From a virus: 48,438 bases of DNA. The notes under the pieces are model-generated. The model did not search any database, was not told the DNA's origin, and saw only the letters and a list, made by a program, of their open reading frames with translations. The translations under genes and the position numbers were made by a program. The stretch lies in the IMG/VR virus record IMGVR_UViG_3300025530_000003. One strand, 5' to 3'. Of the stretch, positions 35,623 through 43,556 are shown piece after piece. How positions within the stretch are numbered: the first letter of the stretch is position 1; each line of letters starts with the position of its first letter.

Positions 35623-37227
35623 TTAAAGTAAATTGATAATGGACTGTCTGCCCTCATTGATAATGTCTGTAAGGGATTTTTTCTGAAGAAGTATTTTGTG
35701 CAGACGTTGGTCTACTGAATCGTTACAGACCACATCAATCACGAAGTGCGAATGGTTACGCTCTTCGCTCGTCGGGCAAACCCTATCTTCGGCTTGTTCA
35801 TTTTCAGCCGGTGTCCACGCACGGTCACTAAATAAGACTTTGTTTGAGCGATCAAGCGTGAATCCGACTCCTGCTGAAATAATGTTACACAACAAAACAT
35901 CCACCTTACCTTCTTGAAACTCTGTAACCGCTCTGTCTTTATCCTTGTTTGACATCTGACCATGAATATAATCCACCTTCAGCTTCAGCTTCTTTTCAAT
36001 GTCCTGTCCCAGCATTTTCAAATAGCTTGTGAACATGGACATGATAACGATCGGCTCCCGGACGTTCTCTAGATAATCGAGAATTAGTTTTGTTTTCGCT
36101 CCGACAACATCGAATCCTAATAATCGAGGGTCGAGTGCTAATTGCCGTAAACGAATAAGCTGTACAAGTTCTGTGGACGCATGAACGACATGTTCAGATT
36201 CCAACGCTTCTGACCATTTTGATAAGTCGCCATCAGCAATCTGAACATTATCTTCGATCATCGCTATAAACTCTTCTTTCATTTGTTTGTACAATTTTCG
36301 CTGTTTAGCGTCCATCTCACATTCCAGCGTTACATATTGTTTTTCAGGAAGCCATCTCATAACTTCCCTACGCTTTCGCTGGACAGAAACCATCTCAACG
36401 ATCCCTCGGAACTCATTTTCTCGATGTTTCTTCACATCCCCCAATTCTGGTGCAGGTTTGTATGGAACTTCGTATTTGTTAAAATAACGATCTACTACCT
36501 GCCAGTATGACGGGTAATGATTTGGATACAGAAACATGAGTATCGGGATAACATCTGAAGCATGATTGATCGCTGGTGTTCCTGTTAGCGCATAGCGACG
36601 TTTCGCTTTCTTTCCAACTTTAAAGACTGCCTTTGATTGCAACGTTTTAAAGTTGCGTAGAAAATGCGCTTCATCGACGATCACCACATCCCAATCCTTC
36701 AGATAATCGTTCAGATGTCCTTTCAGATAATCCTTACTGACAACGGTTACTTTATCTACACCTTCCGGATACCATTTTTCCACTTCCCTCTTCCAGTTAG
36801 GAACAAGAGAAGCTGGACAGATAACCAAATTCTGATCCCCACCGATCAACCGTATGAGCGTAATTGATATCGGTGTTTTACCTGTTCGTGGTTCGTTAAA
36901 GATTCCTCCAGCTTCTAGATGTATCAGGTATGAAACATCTTCTACCTGATACGGTCTCAAACCTTCCAGTTCCATTGACGTCTGACGAAGCGCAACCAGT
37001 TCATCATACTGACGTTTGCACTCCATTCCGATCTGAAGGAAGTTCCTGCTCTTCCTGATTTCGGGAAACTCTTTCCATAGTTCAGAACACACCCAATGGT
37101 TTTTAGGAAGTCTCCAGCACTTTTTTGTTTTGACATAAACTGCATCGAAATAATCCGTCATAAGATGTCGGATACTGCTGGTTCCGGAAATATAGATAAA
37201 ATGAGAGTCCGATGTAACGTTAATCAT
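35623..37227 (-). CDS. SNF2-family helicase or ATPase
   Basis: GIFNEPRTGKT (motif I), VIVDEAHFLRN (DEAH), LTGTP, QLIRLRQL, and C-terminal helicase motifs (GVGFTL, QAEDR). Confidence 0.8.
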   Translation of the reverse strand: MINVTSDSHFIYISGTSSIRHLMTDYFDAVYVKTKKCWRLPKNHWVCSELWKEFPEIRKSRNFLQIGMECKRQYDELVALRQTSMELEGLRPYQVEDVSYLIHLEAGGIFNEPRTGKTPISITLIRLIGGDQNLVICPASLVPNWKREVEKWYPEGVDKVTVVSKDYLKGHLNDYLKDWDVVIVDEAHFLRNFKTLQSKAVFKVGKKAKRRYALTGTPAINHASDVIPILMFLYPNHYPSYWQVVDRYFNKYEVPYKPAPELGDVKKHRENEFRGIVEMVSVQRKRREVMRWLPEKQYVTLECEMDAKQRKLYKQMKEEFIAMIEDNVQIADGDLSKWSEALESEHVVHASTELVQLIRLRQLALDPRLLGFDVVGAKTKLILDYLENVREPIVIMSMFTSYLKMLGQDIEKKLKLKVDYIHGQMSNKDKDRAVTEFQEGKVDVLLCNIISAGVGFTLDRSNKVLFSDRAWTPAENEQAEDRVCPTSEERNHSHFVIDVVCNDSVDQRLHKILLQKKSLTDIINEGRQSIINLL

Positions 37228-37405
37228 CGGACTTCACTTCCACATTCAATAAAATTTTGGATGCATGCTTCATTTGTTGAATAGCTTGCTTAATTTCTTC
37301 TATCGCTGGATGATTAGGTTCCTGCTTTACAAAAATAGACATTCTCGTTATAGAACGCCGCAAGTCTGTTTTTGTCTTGTTTATAGGATGTTCAATGGGA
37401 ATCAT
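37220..37405 (-). CDS. Hypothetical protein
   Basis: 61-aa ORF, first gene after the promoter at 37442-37470. It overlaps the SNF2 start. Confidence 0.45.
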   Translation of the reverse strand: MIPIEHPINKTKTDLRRSITRMSIFVKQEPNHPAIEEIKQAIQQMKHASKILLNVEVKSDD

Positions 37406-37441
37406 GTGCGCACCTCCTGCTCAGATGATGATTTTATGTGT

Positions 37442-37470
37442 ATTATAACATATGCATTATATAAACGCAA
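37442..37470 (-). promoter_or_regulatory. Near-consensus sigma-A-like promoter (TTGCGT-17 nt-TATAAT)
   Basis: The reverse complement reads TTGCGT ttatataatgcatatgt TATAAT. Confidence 0.55.
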
Positions 37471-37659
37471 CTATTCCTTCAACGCCGCCCGCAGACGATC
37501 TTCTTGTGTGCAAGGAACGTCGAAACGACCGGATTGGATATTCTCTATAACATATTCTAGCCCATAATTGAAGTTTTTATTCCAGATGTCACTGTCTCCT
37601 GAACTTGCTTCCTTTTTCAACCACTCCAACACCGCTTCCTTGTTCAAGTACTCACTCAC
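37471..37659 (-). CDS. Hypothetical protein; short paralog of the 40073-40390 product
   Basis: MSEYLNKEAVLEWLKKEAS...ESGRFDV...RLRAALKE aligns by eye with MSEYLSKKAVLEFIKARKA...ESGAFDA...RLRAALVE. Confidence 0.5.
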   Translation of the reverse strand: MSEYLNKEAVLEWLKKEASSGDSDIWNKNFNYGLEYVIENIQSGRFDVPCTQEDRLRAALKE

Positions 37660-37850
37660 TAACTTTCGCTCCTTTCCTGACTTATCAAAGCGTCAGAGAA
37701 TTCTTCGATAAACCGATTCCATGCATTGTTTCTGCTCGGTTGTCCGAGAATCAACTCGTTCATGCATGGTTCGCAGATTTCTTCGCATTGTTTACGGGGA
37801 AATATCTCGCAACGTGCGCATAACTTTTGATCGGACATAGTTCTCACCAC
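37659..37850 (-). CDS. Small Cys-rich (Zn-binding) protein
   Basis: CARC...CEEICEPC in 63 aa. Confidence 0.45.
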   Translation of the reverse strand: MVRTMSDQKLCARCEIFPRKQCEEICEPCMNELILGQPSRNNAWNRFIEEFSDALISQERSES

Positions 37851-38065
37851 TCACATTTCCCGCCAGGACAGTCGATGCCGTAGGCGGTGGATTCGTCCAC
37901 CCATTTACCCTGAATCTTCCCGCTTGGACTAATCACATATCCGCCACATTCGCACTTATAACCGTATTGATAAGGAATTGTCTCGGAATCATATTCCTTT
38001 CCGCAATACCAACATTTGAATAAGACTTTCACTCTTTTCATCCTCCCACCCCGGTTCAGTGCCAT
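37844..38065 (-). CDS. Small Zn-ribbon protein
   Basis: CWYC...CECG...CPGGKC. The start is uncertain (38065 or the internal ATG). Confidence 0.45.
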   Translation of the reverse strand: MALNRGGRMKRVKVLFKCWYCGKEYDSETIPYQYGYKCECGGYVISPSGKIQGKWVDESTAYGIDCPGGKCEW

Positions 38066-38088
38066 TCGCCCTTTTCGGACAACCTGTC

Positions 38089-38250
38089 CTACTTCACCGC
38101 TCCCTTCTTCCGCTGGTTGAACTGGTCAGGCGTTCGCAAGATGTACTCACGCCCGGACACGCGGATCACGGTCGGCACTCCTTTTTTCACCTTCAGGATC
38201 GTCACGATCGGGCGGTAACGGTGACCCTTCGGTCGATCGTATTTTTTCAT
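38089..38250 (-). CDS. Hypothetical basic 53-aa protein (internal start of the 99-aa track ORF)
   Basis: The ATG at 38250 overlaps the upstream stop (GAATGA). The product is MKKYDRPKGHRYRPIVTILKVKKG... Confidence 0.4.
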   Translation of the reverse strand: MKKYDRPKGHRYRPIVTILKVKKGVPTVIRVSGREYILRTPDQFNQRKKGAVK

Positions 38251-38720
38251 TCCACCGTCACCCCGATTTCGCGGAGGATGTTGCGGGCGCGTTGGCCGCT
38301 GTCGTAATAAATCGCTTCTGCCGGTTCTACCAACGTTCCATGACGGCTGCGAAACTCTCGCCTGTAATTGACCGCATCCGCATACCACCGCAACCCCTCG
38401 ATCAGCTTGTCACGTTGCTGTAAATACCGCTCGGCATCTTCTGCAAGATCATGTTCAATTCGCATATACGCTTCGATGATCTTCTTTCTTCCCTCGTTTT
38501 CCTCCCGCAACCGCTCAATCTCCTGATGTGCGGATTGAAGTTGTTCTTCCAGTTTCAAACACTCGTCTTGCCAGACTATTTCCTCTTTCAATCGCTCCCG
38601 CAACTTCCGGTTTTCCTCTTCAAGCTCGCACAATTCCGCCAGCAGGAAGCCACGGTCGATCTTCTCCAACGCTTCCCTAATATCTGCAATCTTCTTTTCG
38701 GTGTCAGTCACGGGTTTCAT
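38247..38720 (-). CDS. Hypothetical coiled-coil protein
   Basis: 157 aa and E/L/R-rich (LRERLKEE..., EIERLREENEGRKK). Lies in a GC-elevated block. Confidence 0.5.
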   Translation of the reverse strand: MKPVTDTEKKIADIREALEKIDRGFLLAELCELEEENRKLRERLKEEIVWQDECLKLEEQLQSAHQEIERLREENEGRKKIIEAYMRIEHDLAEDAERYLQQRDKLIEGLRWYADAVNYRREFRSRHGTLVEPAEAIYYDSGQRARNILREIGVTVE

Positions 38721-39207
38721 CCTCCCCCTCCATCACCGCCAGCAGACGGCATTTGACCATAGCTTCTGCGGCTGATTTGGATTCTACTTGTGCTAATATT
38801 CGTACACCTATAACATCATCAGGCTTATAAATCTCAGCCAAATATGTGCCGTCTGAATAACATAAGTCAAAATTCCATTTTTTCGGTCTATCATGCTCCC
38901 ATACCTCCCACGCTGCGGCGATGTCTTCGCTGGGACTCCACTTATCTTGCCTTTTGCACAAACCGCTTTCGTTTCGCCAATATCCTATATCTGAATCGAG
39001 AAACCATCCCATCACTTTTTCCGCCACTAGCGCATTCAGCTCCCACCCCGGCTGCATCTTCATGATCTCATCACGTGTCATGATTCGGTTCCTCCTGTTC
39101 CCAGATTTTTGCCGTAGATACATACATTCTTCCTTGCAGTAGCACGGTTCTCCAGATTTCGGACATTCGAGCATCCACCAAAGTGGCGCTTTTTTGTCAT
39201 TTGTCAT
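38704..39207 (-). CDS. Hypothetical protein, possibly with a phage ABA-sandwich-like domain
   Basis: The WELNALVAEKVMGW motif resembles that domain family. The N-terminus is Cys-rich. Confidence 0.35.
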   Translation of the reverse strand: MTNDKKAPLWWMLECPKSGEPCYCKEECMYLRQKSGNRRNRIMTRDEIMKMQPGWELNALVAEKVMGWFLDSDIGYWRNESGLCKRQDKWSPSEDIAAAWEVWEHDRPKKWNFDLCYSDGTYLAEIYKPDDVIGVRILAQVESKSAAEAMVKCRLLAVMEGEDETRD

Positions 39208-39213
39208 ATTCCT

Positions 39214-39474
39214 TTATTCCTCCAATCCGGCGAGTCTCATAAGTTCCGCCATCGCCATTGTTTTGACGGAGGGGATGTCGTGATGATAATCGATCATCGC
39301 CAACCGCCATTCCAGCACCTTACGAACGACTTCTTCGGGGGGTTCGGTGACAAGCGACATATCATGCCCGGAATATACTTCCGAACCTCCTTCTCTGTTT
39401 TCGCAAATAGCTGTAATAGGTTCAGGTGCAATGTAAATCGGCTTCTTATTACTTTTCAGCGTCAACCGAATCAT
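39214..39474 (-). CDS. Hypothetical protein
   Basis: 86-aa ORF with an ATGA overlap to the upstream small ORF. Confidence 0.45.
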   Translation of the reverse strand: MIRLTLKSNKKPIYIAPEPITAICENREGGSEVYSGHDMSLVTEPPEEVVRKVLEWRLAMIDYHHDIPSVKTMAMAELMRLAGLEE

Positions 39475-39575
39475 GCGTTATCCTCCTTCAATTCAACTTT
39501 TCCCGTCTTCGCATACTCTTCCAAGTCCGACTTATAAGCGTTCTTCATCAGGCGTAACTGAATTTCCTTACTCAT
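39471..39575 (-). CDS. Possible 34-aa protein (not in the ORF track)
   Basis: My translation is MSKEIQLRLMKNAYKSDLEEYAKTGKVELKEDNA. It overlaps both neighbours and ends in a junction cassette-like sequence. Confidence 0.25.
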   Translation of the reverse strand: MSKEIQLRLMKNAYKSDLEEYAKTGKVELKEDNA

Positions 39576-39747
39576 CTTCTTCCCTCACATGGTCAAGCAT
39601 CATGATTCCAAGCGTTTCGGCACAGTCGCGACATAGAAAGATACTGTCTCCGCTTATTTCGACAAGCAGGTGCGTGATATGTTTGTTCGGGTATTTGCAA
39701 GAATCGCATTTCCAAGTGGGTTGATGAGGTGTTGAGATTCTAATCAT
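39568..39747 (-). CDS. Small Zn-finger protein (start moved to the internal ATG behind the conserved RBS cassette)
   Basis: GAAAGGAGACGAGGACGAATG precedes MIRISTPHQPTWKCDSCKYP...CRDC. Confidence 0.45.
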   Translation of the reverse strand: MIRISTPHQPTWKCDSCKYPNKHITHLLVEISGDSIFLCRDCAETLGIMMLDHVREEDE

Positions 39748-39798
39748 TCGTCCTCGTCTCCTTTCAGTAGACATGTGGTTTTAAGCCTTATACAGCCG

Positions 39799-40053
39799 TC
39801 ACACACTTAACTTGGACTCAATCCATTGCTCGATTCGTTCAACGTCCTGAATAAGCTCAGAAAGCGTATTTGCAGTGGATTCTTTCACCTTCATTTTCAC
39901 GATGTGCTTCACTGCCGCCTGAATGCTGTTGAAATATCCGTGCGTCTTGCAAAGTTTCTTTCCCTGTTTGTCCGTTTTTCCGGTGTATTCACGGATAATG
40001 AAGCTCAATTCATCGGATTCAAGATACAAGTTTCCTTCAATGTGGACTTTCAT
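39799..40053 (-). CDS. Hypothetical protein (start at the internal ATG behind the conserved RBS cassette)
   Basis: GGAAGGAGACGGGAACGAATG precedes MKVHIEGNLYLESDELSFIIREY... Confidence 0.45.
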   Translation of the reverse strand: MKVHIEGNLYLESDELSFIIREYTGKTDKQGKKLCKTHGYFNSIQAAVKHIVKMKVKESTANTLSELIQDVERIEQWIESKLSV

Positions 40054-40072
40054 TCGTTCCCGTCTCCTTCCC

Positions 40073-40390
40073 TCACCCGTTCCACCTTTTCTCCGCTGTG
40101 GTGGAGAGGGCTTGTGTCGCAACCTTCCATGCTTGCATGTGGTTCCAACTTTGAAATGCTCCGTCATTTTCTCGATTTTCGTTCAGAAGTTGCTTGATTT
40201 CCACCAACGCCGCCCGCAGACGCTGGATTTCGGTGTTGTCGGCATCGAATGCGCCGGATTCAATATACGCTTCTATTGTTTCAAGTTCCATGTACGCGCC
40301 ATATTCAATATCCTTGTAACTTCCAGAGAATTTTGCTTTTCTTGCTTTGATAAACTCCAACACCGCTTTCTTGCTCAGGTATTCACTCAT
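40073..40390 (-). CDS. Hypothetical protein; long paralog of the 37471-37659 product
   Basis: Shares N-terminal and central motifs with the 62-aa ORF and is preceded by the same RBS cassette. Confidence 0.5.
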   Translation of the reverse strand: MSEYLSKKAVLEFIKARKAKFSGSYKDIEYGAYMELETIEAYIESGAFDADNTEIQRLRAALVEIKQLLNENRENDGAFQSWNHMQAWKVATQALSTTAEKRWNG

Positions 40391-40557
40391 GCGTTCCCGT
40401 CTCCTTCCTCTGACTCCGGTAGACTAGTGATAACACAACACTCATGAATTTTGATGTTATCCTCACCTTCAATTTGCCTTGCATCTATCTCCGCTAATTC
40501 TCTAGTAGCGTACACCGACCATAAGCCGCTATTTGTCGTAATCACAAATACATTCAT
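40387..40557 (-). CDS. Hypothetical 56-aa protein (not in the ORF track)
   Basis: My translation is MNVFVITTNSGLWSVYATRELAEIDARQIEGEDNIKIHECCVITSLPESEEGDGNA. It has ATGA overlaps at both ends. Confidence 0.4.
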   Translation of the reverse strand: MNVFVITTNSGLWSVYATRELAEIDARQIEGEDNIKIHECCVITSLPESEEGDGNA

Positions 40558-41060
40558 TCGTTCCCGTCTCCCTTCAGTAGTTCAGGATTTTCAAATTCAT
40601 TCCCGATAACTTCAATCCATTTTGGTTCAAGTATCGATATTGTCTTTTCATATTCCGGTTCAATCGGTCTCCGTCCATATTCAATTTCCCAATCATTTGG
40701 TATTGTTTTTATACGTTCAATATAGAAACCAAAGCATTTTGTCGAACCGTACTCACTGCCGCTGCCGTCCTGTTCGTATACTCCTAATCTCACAACGCCG
40801 ATTATTTCATTTCCGCCTTCATAAAGTGTGTATTTTACGATATCGCCTTTATAAATCTCTTTGCCGTTATCGTCGCGTAATTCGGCGTATTGCACGATTT
40901 TAATATGGGGAATCTCATGTTGATGTTTCCAATCCACGTCCGCAACACATTGACCGTTAATTTTCTTGCACCCTGCCCAATACGAAAACATGCCACTTTG
41001 ATGAATGGCGAATCCATCTACCCAGCATTTCTCTTTTTCATCCCACGCCCGAAACTTCAT
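40554..41060 (-). CDS. YopX-family protein
   Basis: MKFRAWDEKEKCWVDGF... is the typical YopX N-terminus. The track ORF starts 3 codons earlier, at a GTG. Confidence 0.65.
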   Translation of the reverse strand: MKFRAWDEKEKCWVDGFAIHQSGMFSYWAGCKKINGQCVADVDWKHQHEIPHIKIVQYAELRDDNGKEIYKGDIVKYTLYEGGNEIIGVVRLGVYEQDGSGSEYGSTKCFGFYIERIKTIPNDWEIEYGRRPIEPEYEKTISILEPKWIEVIGNEFENPELLKGDGNE

Positions 41061-41180
41061 CTCACACACCCTTTTTGCGGATCCATCGTCCGCATCCGCA
41101 CTTAATGTCAGGATCCATTGACATAAACAAAGCGAATCCGAATACTAGTTCGTTTCCACAAGCACATTGAAATGTCAAAT

Positions 41181-41360
41181 TCAATTAAAATCACTCCTTC
41201 TGTTCCTGTTCCAAAACTTCCCGAATCTCCGTGATCTTGCGTTTATACGATAATTTGGCATCACTTCAATTCCTTCACTATCCACAAACACTTTGACCGA
41301 CACTGCTTTTGGATATAACTCTTTAATAATTTCATGAATTTCATTAATTTTTTCTTCCAT
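41181..41360 (-). CDS. Hypothetical small protein (internal start of the track ORF)
   Basis: AAAGGAG lies upstream of MEEKINEIHEIIKELYPK... The C-terminal half is very basic and of uncertain reality. Confidence 0.3.
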   Translation of the reverse strand: MEEKINEIHEIIKELYPKAVSVKVFVDSEGIEVMPNYRINARSRRFGKFWNRNRRSDFN

Positions 41361-41368
41361 ATTAAAAA

Positions 41369-42076
41369 TCACTCCTTTAAAAATCCGGCATTGCAATACA
41401 TGCAACCTTTGTATTTTTCATTTACATCAATCAGATCTTTTTGACATGCAGGACATTCGGAACTGGAATGTTTTCCGCAGTCAAAGAACCCGATGTCGTC
41501 AAAAAACTTTCCAACGTGAAGTTCTCCGAACTTTTCCCGTTGGTATCTCAATGCTGGATAGAACGGCATCTTTTTAATCTGTTCGCTACCAAGTCCCCGA
41601 AAAGAAGCGACTTGATTATATTCTAGCGCTTGTTGTAAATCCTCCATCTTTATATACTTTGCATAGCGCAAAATGCGCCTGAGAATTGTTGCAATCGTTT
41701 CCCCGTTTACGGCAACATCTGAAGGTAACCCGAAGTGCCTTCTCCAGTCGTACAGGCGGGCTACATCATCCAAAGGACTTTTTCTTGGCATCATGAGGGA
41801 CATCGGATGAACTTCAGCTAGAAGTGCATCATATGCTTCCGGGTTAATCTGTTGCACATCTAACATTCCCCGTAAAGTCCCCTGAACAAGTTCTTCAAAG
41901 GAAAGGTTTTTATCAAACTCTTTAGGTAAATCTACCCATCGAACTCCCTTCTTCGGGTCAAACGCTTCATTCATTAAATAGGCGAAGGTTTTGATAACTT
42001 CCTTCGCCAACGTCGGCTCTTGCTTCATAGCAATTTTCAAAAAGGGTTTATCTGCTGTATCGATTGAGAACTTCAT
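41369..42076 (-). CDS. Hypothetical protein with a C-terminal CxxC...CxxC zinc ribbon
   Basis: 235 aa with CPACQKD...CMYC at the C-terminus. No family recognised. Confidence 0.5.
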   Translation of the reverse strand: MKFSIDTADKPFLKIAMKQEPTLAKEVIKTFAYLMNEAFDPKKGVRWVDLPKEFDKNLSFEELVQGTLRGMLDVQQINPEAYDALLAEVHPMSLMMPRKSPLDDVARLYDWRRHFGLPSDVAVNGETIATILRRILRYAKYIKMEDLQQALEYNQVASFRGLGSEQIKKMPFYPALRYQREKFGELHVGKFFDDIGFFDCGKHSSSECPACQKDLIDVNEKYKGCMYCNAGFLKE

Positions 42077-42091
42077 ATGATACCACCCTTT

Positions 42092-42571
42092 TTAAAATGT
42101 TCCAAAGTCATCGTCATCGTATGTTTCCACTTTTGGTACTGGTACTGGTTTTGGATTCGGTTTTGGTTGTTCTTCTTCCGCACGGTACTGTCTCATAGCG
42201 ATTCCAACACAGTACCTGATGGCTTCTGAAACGCTGGACAGGCTTTCGGTTTTCATGATATTTACAATGAATTCCGCCATTTCCGGATCACTCAACCGTA
42301 CAGATTGCGGCTGTGTCACCAGTCTCCGGATTCGATCAATTTCTTCTCGATTGTAATTTTCGATCAACTTTTCTTTATGCTCTCGAATAGCTGTTTCGAG
42401 ATCGATAAGTTTAATTTCTTTACCTCGTTCCAACACTTGGTCTACGCTATTCGGATGATGAACTGTACAAATGTACGGGCTGACGCAATAAGGCGCCAAC
42501 GTCTCCGGATGGTACATCAGCTTTTTGCGCATTTTCCCACAAGCTACACAATGTTTTCCTAAAAGTTCCAT
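42092..42571 (-). CDS. Zn-ribbon plus ribbon-helix-helix-like protein with an acidic DDDDFGTF tail
   Basis: CVAC...C..C at the N-terminus, and SVRLSDPEMAEFIVNIM...SEAIRYCV (RHH-like). It is the first gene after the promoter at 42602-42630. Confidence 0.45.
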   Translation of the reverse strand: MELLGKHCVACGKMRKKLMYHPETLAPYCVSPYICTVHHPNSVDQVLERGKEIKLIDLETAIREHKEKLIENYNREEIDRIRRLVTQPQSVRLSDPEMAEFIVNIMKTESLSSVSEAIRYCVGIAMRQYRAEEEQPKPNPKPVPVPKVETYDDDDFGTF

Positions 42572-42601
42572 ATCTTATTCCTCCTTATCGTTGTTGTATA
42601 C

Positions 42602-42630
42602 ATTGTATCACAAATTACACTACTTGTCAC
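42602..42630 (-). promoter_or_regulatory. Strong sigma-A-like promoter (GTGACA-17 nt-TGaTACAAT)
   Basis: The reverse complement reads GTGACA agtagtgtaatttgtga TACAAT, with an extended -10 TG. Confidence 0.55.
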
Positions 42631-42760
42631 CATGTACTGGATACGTAAATTGTAATTTGTCGACGAGTGCATTCGCCATAAAATCTCGTGTTCCCGATTA
42701 TAAACAACATCATCCCGAAATAGAGTAATCTCCTATCTTTATCCTCTCGCGAGAGCACAC

Positions 42761-42800
42761 AAAAGAGCCGGCGACTAGCACCGGCTCTTTTGTTGTTTTG
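42761..42800. terminator. Rho-independent terminator (AAAAGAGCCGG / CCGGCTCTTTT), usable on both strands
   Basis: 11-bp stem with a 9-nt loop and T-runs on both strands. It contains the stop codon of the upstream small gene. Confidence 0.7.
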
Positions 42801-42945
42801 ATTTCTTTCTTTTTTCCTCCTTTCTTGCTTCAAGCTTTTTTGCATGCGCCTCCTTACACCAATCTGAACAGTAAGAGTCCATGTTATACGTTGGCGTCCC
42901 GCAGTAAAGGCATGACCAGTACATGTTAAAAGCGTCCCATGCCAT
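42775..42945 (-). CDS. Small Cys-rich 56-aa protein (not in the ORF track; replaces the overlapping 107-aa track ORF)
   Basis: My translation is MAWDAFNMYWSCLYCGTPTYNMDSYCSDWCKEAHAKKLEARKEEKRKKSKQQKSRC. AGGAAAGGAGA lies upstream. Confidence 0.45.
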   Translation of the reverse strand: MAWDAFNMYWSCLYCGTPTYNMDSYCSDWCKEAHAKKLEARKEEKRKKSKQQKSRC

Positions 42946-42964
42946 AACAATTCTCCTTTCCTAA

Positions 42965-43513
42965 TTAGTTAGCTGGAATCTCTTTTAAGGTTATCGGCTT
43001 GTCTGCGATAACCAAACGTTGCGCAAGCTCATCCCCCGACAGATCCCCGTCCTTGGTGTAGTCGAACCCGCGGATCGTGACCGCCGTATACGCGCCAACT
43101 ACTGTAATCAGATGTGGCGGTAATGTACCAACAACATGTTTACCTGCGATCTTGTCCGGAGTTACTGCATCATACACCGGCACGTCTCCGTATCGATCGA
43201 GCAATAGATCAACCGTACCTTGGTGACGGGATACAATGACCGTATCAAGATCGTCCGCGTTGTCAATCGTCTCAATGCGGTATTTACGGACATCGAGATC
43301 AGCTGCAATGATCTCATCCGGCGTGTTAAACACCGCGCCGCGTGGCAACTGTAGAGCATAGTATTCCGACACGCCTTGGTCCGCTAGTACGGACGGCGCA
43401 AGCGATGACAATACGACTTCTTCCGTTCCTTTTGAATAAGCGGACAATCCAGCGATTGCCGCAAAGCCAGAAGCTACAATCTTTTTTGTTTCAAGCAATT
43501 CTTTCAATTTCAT
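42965..43513 (-). CDS. Hypothetical protein whose C-terminal half resembles the Csx16 / VVA1548 CRISPR-associated family
   Basis: VSRHQGTVDLL...GKHVVGTLPPHL...GDLSGDELAQRL resembles the Csx16 pattern recalled from memory. The ORF is visibly more GC-rich than its neighbours. Confidence 0.3.
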   Translation of the reverse strand: MKLKELLETKKIVASGFAAIAGLSAYSKGTEEVVLSSLAPSVLADQGVSEYYALQLPRGAVFNTPDEIIAADLDVRKYRIETIDNADDLDTVIVSRHQGTVDLLLDRYGDVPVYDAVTPDKIAGKHVVGTLPPHLITVVGAYTAVTIRGFDYTKDGDLSGDELAQRLVIADKPITLKEIPAN

Positions 43514-43556
43514 TTTAACATCTCTCCTTTTCAGATTATATTGACACTTATTACAG

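Noticed and set aside
41062-41184. Small TTG- or ATG-initiated ORFs (20-25 aa) and a GCGGA/TCCGC hairpin in the gap between the 41181 ORF and YopX
   Set aside because: On careful re-translation the ORFs are very short and lack convincing features. The hairpin has no U-tract. The evidence is insufficient to call a gene or a terminator.
42627-42950. 107-aa minus-strand track ORF
   Set aside because: Its translation is basic and low-complexity, and it reads through a strong terminator hairpin. An alternative frame gives a 56-aa Cys-rich protein with a good RBS that ends in the terminator, so I preferred that.
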